Shown here piece by piece: positions 51,390 to 59,933 of a DNA stretch of 64,000 nt. Origin of the DNA: Myxococcota bacterium (GTDB taxonomy: Bacteria > Myxococcota_A > UBA9160 > JAFDDA01); NCBI GenBank assembly GCA_965228475.1, contig OZ245817.1, positions 2,016,001 through 2,080,000 of the forward strand. Reading direction: 5' to 3'. Within the stretch, counting starts at the first letter, position 1. Each line of letters opens with the position of its first letter. A model generated the notes under the pieces. It searched no databases, was not told the DNA's origin, and worked only from the letters and a program-made list of their open reading frames with translations. The position numbers and the translations under genes are program-made.

Positions 51390-53047
51390 GCAGTCGGGGT
51401 GCCCGTGGCCTGGGCGGGAGCGAATTCACGGCGGACCCAGAGGGCGTGCTCCTCGTCCTCGTGGACGCAGACGAGGGTGTCCCGGAGCCCGTCGAACAGC
51501 AGGGTCGTGCCCGACTGGATCCGCTCTTCGTGCCAGGCCCAGGCCTCCTTCTTGAACACCACGACTCCATCACAGGCGAATTCTCGGAACGCCGACGCCA
51601 GGGTTTCCGGGGTCCAGTGGAGGCCCACCAGAAAGCGCTCCATGTAGAGCAGGGGCGCTTCGCCGTCGAGTGAGAGCCAATCGTAGAGAACCCGAATCGG
51701 GGTGTCAGGGCCCAGGGAGGCGGCCAGCGTCTGGCCGCGGCTCATCGGAACCGTGAGCAGCCGCTGCGCGTGCGGGACGGCTTCGAGCCACTCCGTGAGC
51801 GTCGTTTCACTCGTGCTCTCGAGGCCGTCTCCACCGCGCAGCCAGGCTCCGTTCAGGGCTGCGACGGTGGCGGCGTTGACGAGGCAGACCGTGAGGCTGG
51901 CGAGGCCCACGAGCGTACACGCGGCCAGGGCGTCGCCGGAGGTCGGGCCGCGTTCGAACGCGAGGGCGGCGAAGAGAGCGGCCGTGAAGGGCGCGGCGTT
52001 CTCGAGGTAGCGCTCGGCCTGTCCGAAGATCGAGAACGGCTGGAATCCCGTCAGGACGGCCGCGGCGACCAGGGAGACCGCGACCGAGAGCGAGAAGTCG
52101 GCCCAGGGTTCGCCGAACACGCGGGCGGCCGCTTCGCGATCGTCGAAGAAGAGGACCAGCCCGGCGACGACCGTGGGCGCGTAGATCACGCAGATGAACT
52201 GCGGTGCGGAGAGCAGCAGGTGCCGCCACAGGTACCGAACGCGCCTCGCCTGGAAGATCTCGATGGCGACGTCCCGCCACCAGCGTGCCCGAGCCGTCGG
52301 CATCGTTCCCGAGTGGCGGTTCCGGTACTGCCAGCGGTAGAGCCCCGCGAAGTAGCGCAGGGGTTCGCGCGCGCCGAGCGCGGGAACGGCCCACGCCAGA
52401 GCGAGAGACACGATCGGAAGCAGAAGGACCGCGACGGATCGGCTCCAGAGCCCGACCCCGAGGAACGTGGCGACGGCGGCCTGGAAACCGAACTGGGAAG
52501 ACAGGACCAGCCCGATGAAGCAGGCGCCCGAGAGCACGAGGCCCAGTGCGTGGCCTTCCACCAGGTAGGCCCCGAGGCCGAGCGTCGAGACGAACTGGAG
52601 GACGAGACCGAAGGCGCGCCCGTTGAAGGCCATGAGCCGGGCCGTGGGCGGGAAGAGGCAGGGTGCGAAGAGGAAGAGCGCGGTCGCGGCCAGGGCTCGC
52701 GCGTTCGCATCCGTGCCGGCCGATCCGGGCCAGACGTGCAGCAGTCCCAGGAAGACCGCGACGCCGATGGCGAGGTCGAAGCCCGCGTTCGAGAGGTACC
52801 CGAAGCGAACCCAGAAGCGTTCGGGCAGGCGCGAGAGGAGCCAGTGGTAGAGCACCGGGTAGCCGAGGGTCGCCGGGACGAGGTTCGTCTCCACGCGGTA
52901 GTCGAGCCAGCGCTGCTCGCGCAGGCGTCCCAGCAGCCAGAGGATCCAGCGCGCGTCGTTCGCTTCGAAGACCGAGAACAGCAGGCGGAGCAGGTAGGCA
53001 GGAACGAGAAGGAGCGCGAGAACGAGGATTCCGTCGCCCGCGGTCAC
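51386..53047 (-). CDS. Polytopic membrane protein, possibly GT-C fold glycosyltransferase or polymerase
   Basis: About 11-13 hydrophobic segments; D...YP.L.H motif near the N-terminus, ERYLE late; soluble C-terminal domain. Confidence 0.6.
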   Translation of the reverse strand: MTAGDGILVLALLLVPAYLLRLLFSVFEANDARWILWLLGRLREQRWLDYRVETNLVPATLGYPVLYHWLLSRLPERFWVRFGYLSNAGFDLAIGVAVFLGLLHVWPGSAGTDANARALAATALFLFAPCLFPPTARLMAFNGRAFGLVLQFVSTLGLGAYLVEGHALGLVLSGACFIGLVLSSQFGFQAAVATFLGVGLWSRSVAVLLLPIVSLALAWAVPALGAREPLRYFAGLYRWQYRNRHSGTMPTARARWWRDVAIEIFQARRVRYLWRHLLLSAPQFICVIYAPTVVAGLVLFFDDREAAARVFGEPWADFSLSVAVSLVAAAVLTGFQPFSIFGQAERYLENAAPFTAALFAALAFERGPTSGDALAACTLVGLASLTVCLVNAATVAALNGAWLRGGDGLESTSETTLTEWLEAVPHAQRLLTVPMSRGQTLAASLGPDTPIRVLYDWLSLDGEAPLLYMERFLVGLHWTPETLASAFREFACDGVVVFKKEAWAWHEERIQSGTTLLFDGLRDTLVCVHEDEEHALWVRREFAPAQATGTPTA

Positions 53048-53060
53048 GGAGCGCCTCGGC

Positions 53061-53708
53061 TCAGGGAAAGAAGAGGACGCTGCACGATTGGCCGGGGTGG
53101 GGGATGGCGTCGAAGGGCTCGAGGCGCGCGCCCGTCCGCTCGGCGAAGCGCTCGAAGATCTCGAGGCCGCCCAGGTGGACGCTGACGAGGGGGAGCTCTT
53201 CCCCGTAGAGCCGGCCGCGGTGGACCTGCTTCTCGGTGCCGCTCAGATTGTAGGTGAAGACGAAGGGCGCCCCGGGCTTCATGACCTTCGCGAGCCGGTC
53301 GAGGCAGGCCTCGATCTGCTCCGACGAGAGATGCGTGAAGACGGCATGGCACATGGCGAAGTCGACGGAGAGGTCGAGCGGGAAGCCGAAGTCCTTCGAC
53401 TGGATGATCTCGACGCGCCCCTCGTCCCCGAGCCGCTTCGCGAGAGTCCTCGCGATCTTGACGTACTTGCCGAAGGGCTCGACGCCGACGAAGCGTCCTT
53501 CGCCGAGTTCGGACAGGATGAAGGCGCCGAATCGGAGCGGCCCGCAGCCGATGTCGAGCAGCGTTCGGTCCCGGGCCCCGCCGAAGTGGTCGAGGACCCG
53601 CTTCTGCCACGTCCCGTACGTGTCCCACGCGGTGAACATGCCGTCGGGAACGAGGTTCTCGTCCACGGAGAGGTCCCACAGCTCGGTGGGCGAAACGGTC
53701 TGCGTCAT
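53061..53708 (-). CDS. Class I SAM-dependent methyltransferase
   Basis: ATG 53708; LLDIGCGPLRFG, AVFTHL, MKPG. Confidence 0.88.
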   Translation of the reverse strand: MTQTVSPTELWDLSVDENLVPDGMFTAWDTYGTWQKRVLDHFGGARDRTLLDIGCGPLRFGAFILSELGEGRFVGVEPFGKYVKIARTLAKRLGDEGRVEIIQSKDFGFPLDLSVDFAMCHAVFTHLSSEQIEACLDRLAKVMKPGAPFVFTYNLSGTEKQVHRGRLYGEELPLVSVHLGGLEIFERFAERTGARLEPFDAIPHPGQSCSVLFFP

Positions 53709-54601
53709 CGTCCGAGAATCCTGCGAACGCGCCGAGCCACCGGCCCGAGCCCCGCGGCTCGCGCGGCGCGGCGAAGGAGACCGGCCGAGGGGGCCGGCTC
53801 GGCGGCCGCCGCGGCTTCGGGCTCCGGGATGCGAGGAACGAACACGCCCTGGGGCGGAAAGAGGATCCGGCCGAAGCCGATGCCGCCGGGGAGGCGCTTC
53901 ACGCTGCCGACGCTGTGCCGGAGGAGATACCGCCAGACCAGCAGGTCGCCCGGCTTCGGCGCGAGCTCCCGGCCGACGTGGATCGCTTCTCCGTTCTCCT
54001 GTTCGAAGAGCAGGCCGTCCCCCTCGTAGTCCTTGCCCCATTCGGAGAGGAACAGCGTGGCCTGCAGGCGAGTCTGGGCCTCGGGGCGGCTCTCGCTCGA
54101 CGGGAACTCGTCCCGGTGCCACTTCACGTCGGTGTCTTCGCTCTCGGTCGAGACCACGATCATCGTCTGGGTCATCCGGTCGCTGCAGGGCAGGAGGTCG
54201 CGGAAGATCGGCTGCTGCTCGAGCTGGTTGCGCAGCTGCGTGACGGCGACCGTGGCCGCGAGCGTGACGTCGTCGAGGGGCGCGTCCCAGGGGTTCAGGA
54301 ACCAGCAGGACTTCCCGGGGAAGCGCGAGGCGTAGGGGCCCTGGCCGATCTGGTAGCGGTCGCGCTGGGCGAAGGTCGCGAACTCGCCGAACATCTCGGG
54401 CTCGCGCTCCCCCCAGAAACTGCGGACGTGCTCCGCCATTTCGGGCGGCAGGAACCCCCGGAAGAGCACGAAACCGGGGCCATCCGAGCGGTAGAGTGCG
54501 CGCCGGCTTTCGAGCAGATCGTCCTCTTCGAAGGTGAACGAGCGCAGGGTGGGGCGGATCCCCGGGTCGACGAGTTTCGGGCGAGCCCAGGCCTCGATCA
54601 T
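53705..54601 (-). CDS. 2-oxoglutarate/Fe(II)-dependent oxygenase family protein
   Basis: ATG 54601; WHRD (HxD), LFLSE.G.DYEG.GL.F, PKPGDLLVW, distal His in RHSV, downstream Arg. Confidence 0.75.
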   Translation of the reverse strand: MIEAWARPKLVDPGIRPTLRSFTFEEDDLLESRRALYRSDGPGFVLFRGFLPPEMAEHVRSFWGEREPEMFGEFATFAQRDRYQIGQGPYASRFPGKSCWFLNPWDAPLDDVTLAATVAVTQLRNQLEQQPIFRDLLPCSDRMTQTMIVVSTESEDTDVKWHRDEFPSSESRPEAQTRLQATLFLSEWGKDYEGDGLLFEQENGEAIHVGRELAPKPGDLLVWRYLLRHSVGSVKRLPGGIGFGRILFPPQGVFVPRIPEPEAAAAAEPAPSAGLLRRAARAAGLGPVARRVRRILGR

Positions 54602-55974
54602 CGCAGCGTCTCCTCCAGCGCCGCTTCGGCGGGCTGGTCGTCCTCGTGGGCCTCGGTTTCGGGGAGGGCCCGGAGGAGGAACTCGGTGGAGGGTTCGGCG
54701 AGAGCGACCCGCCATTGGGCCCACTCCACGCCGGGGAACGAGGTCGAGCGGAAGGGGCAGACCCGCCGCTCGTAGAAGTGATAGAAGAGCTCGGACTCGA
54801 CCTTGACCTCTTCCGCGGGCCGCGCGAAGAGGATGTTCCAGTAGTAGGTCCCACTCCCGAGCGGATTCTTCGGGAAGCGCAGGGTGAGCTCGGTTTCGCC
54901 CTCGGGGACCTCCGGGTAGTACTCCGCGAAGGCCTCCGTCTTGGCGCTCTGATAGTTCGAGCCGATCTCCGTGAGCTTCACGCCGAGGTCGTCCGAGTAG
55001 AGCTCGAAGTAGAAACGGACCTTGGGGAAGGTGCGCCGGGCCCGAACGCGCACGCGTACCTCGAGGGGTTCGCCGTGGTCGAACACCTGGCGCGGGGCTC
55101 CGTCCGCGCCGTACATGGTGGCTCCGAGGAACTCGATGTCGTCCCGGTCGGGCTGTTCGTATTCGGGAACGGCCGGGTCCGGGGGCTGGGCGGCTTTCGA
55201 GAGTTCCTCGAGCCGCTGCGTCTGCTGGGCCACGAGGACCTTGCGGTATTCCCCGGCGACCTCGCTCGGACCGCCGTCGGCGAGCAGCTCGCCGGTGTCG
55301 AGCAGGATCGCGCGGGTGCACAGCCGCTCCACCAGGGCGATGGTGTGGGAGACGAAGAGGACGGTGCTGCCGCTCGAGCAGATCTCTTCGATCCGCTGGG
55401 TGCACTTGGTCGTGAAGTTGGCGTCGCCGGCGGCCAGGGCCTCGTCGATCACGAGGATCTCCGCGGCCTCTTGGAAGGCGACCGACGCGGCGAGCCGCGC
55501 CGTCATGCCGCTCGAGTAGAACTGGATCGGCTTGTCGATGTGGTCGCCGAGCTCCGAGAACTCGATGATCGAGTCGAGCCGTTCGAGGGCGACGGGCCGC
55601 GGGATGCCCATGGCCATCGAGCCGAACAGGATGTTCTCGCGGCCCGTGAAGCGGGGATGGAAACCGACGCCCAGGGAGAGCAGCGAGCGGACCCGGCCAT
55701 GGACGCGCACGTTCCCCCGGGTCGGCAGGGAGAGGCCCGAGACGATCCGCAGCAGGGTCGACTTGCCGCTGCCGTTGCGGCCGAAGATGCCGAGGACCTC
55801 GCCTCGGTTCACGCGCAGGTCGATGTTCCGGAGGGCCGTGTTGTCGTTGTAGAAGCGCTCCTTGGGCAGGAACGGCATGAGCCAGGAGAGGATCCAGCCG
55901 CGGCCCTGCTGGTGGTAGACGCGATAGGTCTTCTCGACGTCCTCGAGTTCGATGACGGTGTCGGGGGCCTTCAT
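54598..55974 (-). CDS. wzt: Polysaccharide ABC exporter ATP-binding subunit with C-terminal carbohydrate-binding domain
   Basis: ATG 55974; GRNGSGKST, YSSGMTARL, IDEALAAGD, VSH; Wzt_C-type beta domain. Confidence 0.93.
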   Translation of the reverse strand: MKAPDTVIELEDVEKTYRVYHQQGRGWILSWLMPFLPKERFYNDNTALRNIDLRVNRGEVLGIFGRNGSGKSTLLRIVSGLSLPTRGNVRVHGRVRSLLSLGVGFHPRFTGRENILFGSMAMGIPRPVALERLDSIIEFSELGDHIDKPIQFYSSGMTARLAASVAFQEAAEILVIDEALAAGDANFTTKCTQRIEEICSSGSTVLFVSHTIALVERLCTRAILLDTGELLADGGPSEVAGEYRKVLVAQQTQRLEELSKAAQPPDPAVPEYEQPDRDDIEFLGATMYGADGAPRQVFDHGEPLEVRVRVRARRTFPKVRFYFELYSDDLGVKLTEIGSNYQSAKTEAFAEYYPEVPEGETELTLRFPKNPLGSGTYYWNILFARPAEEVKVESELFYHFYERRVCPFRSTSFPGVEWAQWRVALAEPSTEFLLRALPETEAHEDDQPAEAALEETLR

Positions 55975-56828
55975 AGGTAGTCCACGACCGTCTTCCGCAC
56001 GTAGCCGCGGTGGCCGAGTGCGAGGGCGAGGACGGCGCCGCTCACGAGGAAGGAGATGAAGAGATCCACCATGGGGGTGAGGATGGCCGAGTCCGGGTTG
56101 CCGAACATCGCATAGCGGAACGGCGTGATGACGTAGGCGAGCGGGTTCGCGATGGCGACGAAGCGGACGTGCGCCGGAATCATGGTGGGTTCGTAGAGCA
56201 CCGGCGTGACGAAGAAGACGACGCGCAGGAAGGTCGGGAGGAGCTTCTGCAGGTCGGGGAACATCACGGCGTAGCAGGAGAGGATGGAGGTCGCGCCGAC
56301 GAGCAGCACCGCGAGGGAGATCGCGGCCGGCAGCAGGATCAGGGTATGCGTGCCGAGCGAGCCCACGATCAACCCGAGCACGAGCAGCAGGACCAGGCTC
56401 GAAAGGAACTCCACGGTGCCCTGCGCTACGGTGATCAGCGGCAACAGGTGGATGGGGAAGTTGATCTGCTTCACCAGCGCGGCGTGGGTGTTCAGCGACC
56501 CGAGGCCGATTCCGATCGAGCCGTTCAGGTACAGCCATGGGACCAGTCCGGCGAACATCGACAGGAGATGTCCCATCACGCCGCCCGGCCCGTTGTACTC
56601 GACCTGGAGGATCACCACGAACAGGAAGAAGTACGTGCCGAGCAGGAGCACGGGCTCGACCGCGGACCACGCGAGGCCGAGCGCGGTGCCGGCGTTCGAC
56701 TTGCGGACCTCGTACGCGACGAGGTGCATCGTCAGCGAGAGGTCCTCGATCCACGCGGGTCGACGCCCGGGCCCGCTCTCCAGACCCGGAGAGGCCTGGC
56801 GGGGTTCCCCCATCCCTGATGTCGCCAC
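55971..56828 (-). CDS. wzm: Polysaccharide ABC exporter permease
   Basis: LGLAWSAVEP, GLVPW, LVKQINFP, FFVTPVLY, NPL; directly upstream of wzt. Start uncertain. Confidence 0.92.
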   Translation of the reverse strand: MATSGMGEPRQASPGLESGPGRRPAWIEDLSLTMHLVAYEVRKSNAGTALGLAWSAVEPVLLLGTYFFLFVVILQVEYNGPGGVMGHLLSMFAGLVPWLYLNGSIGIGLGSLNTHAALVKQINFPIHLLPLITVAQGTVEFLSSLVLLLVLGLIVGSLGTHTLILLPAAISLAVLLVGATSILSCYAVMFPDLQKLLPTFLRVVFFVTPVLYEPTMIPAHVRFVAIANPLAYVITPFRYAMFGNPDSAILTPMVDLFISFLVSGAVLALALGHRGYVRKTVVDYL

Positions 56829-57035
56829 GTTCTTCCGACCCCTTCAGGGATGGCTCGCGGGCCACCCCGGTTTGGCAGGCGGTCCAGGACTCGCCGGGGC
56901 AAAATCATACACTTGCCGGTCGGTTGCGTCACCGGCGCGCCCGCGCGCGGGCCGTCTGCCGCGGCTTCTCGGTGCTGCCGGGCAGGGTGACACGATGTCT
57001 CGGACGCGCCCGGGCGTCGGGAAAGGGAGCGAAGC

Positions 57036-57665
57036 ATGAGTTCCGGCTCGAAGGGCGGCGGGCCCGTCTGGCACGACGCCTGGAAGCGCACCCATCCGGG
57101 CCACGACGACCTGCGCGAACTCCACGAAGGCTTGCGGCGCGAGCTCCATGAGCGGCATCAACGGGTGTTGTCGCTGGCCGACACCGTGACGGACCGCTGG
57201 GAGAAGGCCGCCTTCCTCGGGTTCGGGGAGGGGGCGAGCGTCTACGACTCGTGCATGGTGATCGGCGACGTGAGCGTCGGCGCGAACACCTGGGTCGGGC
57301 CCCAGACCGTGCTCGATGGAAGCGGCGGCCTCGAGATCGGCGCGTGGTGCAGCATCGCGACCGGCGTCCAGATCTACAGCCACGACACCGTGCGGTGGGC
57401 GCTGTCCGGCGGCCGCATCCCGGCGGACCGTCAGCCGACGCGCATCGGCGACTGCTGCTACCTCGGGCCGCAATCGGTGATCGGGCGCGGGACGACGATC
57501 GGTTCGCACTGCGTCGTGGGCGCCCTGAGCCTGGTGACGAGCGACGTCCCGGACTACTCCGTCGTGGCGGGAACTCCGGCGCGCGTGATCGGCCGCGTCG
57601 AGATCGACGACGCCGGAGAGATCCGGATGATCTACGACGACCCCCGGCCGGGAAGCGCCGAGTAG
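57036..57665 (+). CDS. Hexapeptide-repeat (left-handed beta helix) acyltransferase
   Basis: IGDVSVGANTWVG, IGAWCSI, IGDCCYLG, VAGTPARVI. Confidence 0.9.
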   Translation: MSSGSKGGGPVWHDAWKRTHPGHDDLRELHEGLRRELHERHQRVLSLADTVTDRWEKAAFLGFGEGASVYDSCMVIGDVSVGANTWVGPQTVLDGSGGLEIGAWCSIATGVQIYSHDTVRWALSGGRIPADRQPTRIGDCCYLGPQSVIGRGTTIGSHCVVGALSLVTSDVPDYSVVAGTPARVIGRVEIDDAGEIRMIYDDPRPGSAE

Positions 57666-58798
57666 GCCTCCTCGTAGCGGGCGCCGAGCTCCCGGGCGAT
57701 CCGCGCGGGGTCGTGCCACTGCTCGGCGAACGCCCGGGAGGCGCGTCCCCGTTCGGCGCGACGCTCCGCCGGAGCCGTCAGCCACTCGCGCAGGACCTCG
57801 ACGAGGGAACTCGGGTCGGCCCGGATGATCGGCATCTGCCGGGCCATCTCCGGGGGGATCCCCGCGAGGTCGTCCTCCCGGAGTCGGCACACGACCGGCT
57901 TGCCGAGGGCCATCAGCTCGAGCGCCACACCGCCGTACCAGCCGAGCAGCAGCTGATCGACGAAGAGGTCGGCGCGCCGGTAGATGGCCTCCGCTTCGTC
58001 CCGCTTCATGCCTTCGACGCATTGGAACTCGAAGGCCACGCCTTCGCTCCGCAGACGGGCCACCGCCTCTTCGACGAAGCGCGTGCCTTTGAACCGCCGG
58101 TGGGTCGGCGCGTGGACGAGGAGGGGGAGGCGCGAGGCTTCGGTCTGCACAGGTTCGACCTTCCAGGCCTCGAGGTCGACGCTGGCGTAGGGGAGGAACC
58201 GGGCTCGCGCCGGCAGGGCATGCAGCAGGTCCGGGTTGAGCGCCCACAGGAGGTCGGCGTGTTCCGCGAAGGCGTCCGCGGTCCGTCTCCGTTCGGCGTC
58301 GATGGCGGTGTCGTAGTAGCCGGGTTCGAGTTCGCGGAGGAGGTCCTCTCGGCCAAGGTCGCCCAGGAGGTCGCCGCGCCGGATGTCGTCCCCCTGGAAG
58401 GTCACGCAGACGACCTTACCCTGGCGCCGAAGCCAGGCCAGATCCCGGCGCTCGAAGGCGAGGGCCCAGAGCCGGTAGGCCGCCGTGAAGGCTCGCGGGG
58501 CGCCCTCGCGCTCGAGGGTCCGGAGCGAGGTCCGGTCGGGCAGGAGGGTCCGGCCGAAGTTGAAGTGGACGACGTCGAAGTCCCGTGCGGCCCGGCGCAC
58601 GGCAGCCAGCCGGCGCAGCTCGAAGCGGACTGCCGAAGTTCCGGGCGGCCCGAGGACCTCGTCGGCGGGGTAGCCGTAGGGGCTCTCGCGGAATGCGAGA
58701 CAGTGGCTGTCGAGTCCCGCGGCCCGTTCGTGGCGCGCGAGGTTCGGAGGGTGCCCCCCGACGACGCCGGGGCAGTGCAGGATGCGTAGGCGCTGCAA
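57632..58798 (-). CDS. GT-B (GT4-like) glycosyltransferase
   Basis: HAPTHRRFKGT, ADLFVDQL, ALELMALGKPVV. Confidence 0.82.
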   Translation of the reverse strand: MQRLRILHCPGVVGGHPPNLARHERAAGLDSHCLAFRESPYGYPADEVLGPPGTSAVRFELRRLAAVRRAARDFDVVHFNFGRTLLPDRTSLRTLEREGAPRAFTAAYRLWALAFERRDLAWLRRQGKVVCVTFQGDDIRRGDLLGDLGREDLLRELEPGYYDTAIDAERRRTADAFAEHADLLWALNPDLLHALPARARFLPYASVDLEAWKVEPVQTEASRLPLLVHAPTHRRFKGTRFVEEAVARLRSEGVAFEFQCVEGMKRDEAEAIYRRADLFVDQLLLGWYGGVALELMALGKPVVCRLREDDLAGIPPEMARQMPIIRADPSSLVEVLREWLTAPAERRAERGRASRAFAEQWHDPARIARELGARYEEAYSALPGRGSS

Positions 58799-58899
58799 AC
58801 GACCCCCCGGCCCTTGCTCCAGGGCGCGGCCACGTTACCGAATGGGCGGGTCCCGAGCGAGCCGGTGACCGCGTCCGCGGGTCGGAAAAACGCTCGCCG

Positions 58900-58928
58900 T
58901 TGACAGAGTTAGGGCGCCTCGGCACAGT
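58900..58928 (+). promoter_or_regulatory. Putative sigma70-type promoter
   Basis: TTGACA (58900-58905), 17 nt, CACAGT; 21 nt upstream of ATG 58950. Confidence 0.5.
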
Positions 58929-58949
58929 CGGGCCGCAAGGGGGGCACCC

Positions 58950-59918
58950 ATGGATCTGCGAGATCGGAAAGTCCTGGTGATCGGGGGAGCGGGGTTGATC
59001 GGCTCCCACGTCGTCGAGGAGCTGCTGCACGAGCCCGTCGCCGAGGTGGTGATCTTCGACAACTTCAGCCGCGGCGTGCCCGGCAACGTCGAGGAAGCGC
59101 TGAAGGACGAGCGCTGCCGCGTGTTCGACCTCGGGGGCGACATCCTCTCGCGCGACCTGCTCGAAGAAGCGGTCAAGGGCTGCGACGCCGTCGTCCACCT
59201 GGCGGCACTCTGGCTCCTCCACTGCCACGAGTTCCCCGAGAGCGCGTTCGAGGTGAACATCCGCGGCACGTTCAACGTGCTGCAGGCCTGTGTCCGCCAC
59301 GACGTGAAGCGGCTCGTCTACTCGAGCTCCGCCAGCGTGTACGGGGATGCCGTCGCCGAACCGATGGTCGAGGATCACCCCTACAACAACTGGACGTTCT
59401 ACGGCGCGACGAAGATCGCCGGCGAGCACATGCTCAAGTCCTTCCACAAGCGCTACGGCCTGAACGGCGTCGGCCTCCGCTACATGAACGTCTACGGCCC
59501 CCGTCAGGACTACAAGGGCACCTACGTCGCGGTGATGATGAAGATCCTGGACGCGTTGGATCGCGGCGAACCGCCCGTCGTCTACGGTGACGGCTCCCAG
59601 GCCTACGACTTCGTCCACGTGCGGGACGTCGCCCGCGCGAACGTCTGCGCGCTGAAGGCCGAGGTCCCCTTCGGCCTCTACAACGTCGGCCGCGGCATCA
59701 AGACCTCGATCAAGGAGCTGGCCGAGCTCCTGGTCGAGCTCTCGGGCTCGAAGGCGGAGCTCCACTACGAGCCGGCGGGGCCGACCTTCGTGACCAACCG
59801 CGTCGGTTGCCCGAAGGCGGCCGAGCAGGATCTCGGCTTCCGCTGGTCGATCGACCTTCGCGAAGGGATGCAGAGCCTGATCGACTGGCGGCGCGAAGAC
59901 CAGCGTCGGCGCGGCTAG
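58950..59918 (+). CDS. NAD-dependent epimerase/dehydratase (extended SDR)
   Basis: GGAGLIG, SSSASVYG, YGATK, RYMNVYGP. Confidence 0.94.
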   Translation: MDLRDRKVLVIGGAGLIGSHVVEELLHEPVAEVVIFDNFSRGVPGNVEEALKDERCRVFDLGGDILSRDLLEEAVKGCDAVVHLAALWLLHCHEFPESAFEVNIRGTFNVLQACVRHDVKRLVYSSSASVYGDAVAEPMVEDHPYNNWTFYGATKIAGEHMLKSFHKRYGLNGVGLRYMNVYGPRQDYKGTYVAVMMKILDALDRGEPPVVYGDGSQAYDFVHVRDVARANVCALKAEVPFGLYNVGRGIKTSIKELAELLVELSGSKAELHYEPAGPTFVTNRVGCPKAAEQDLGFRWSIDLREGMQSLIDWRREDQRRRG

Positions 59919-59933
59919 CGCGGAGCACACGAC

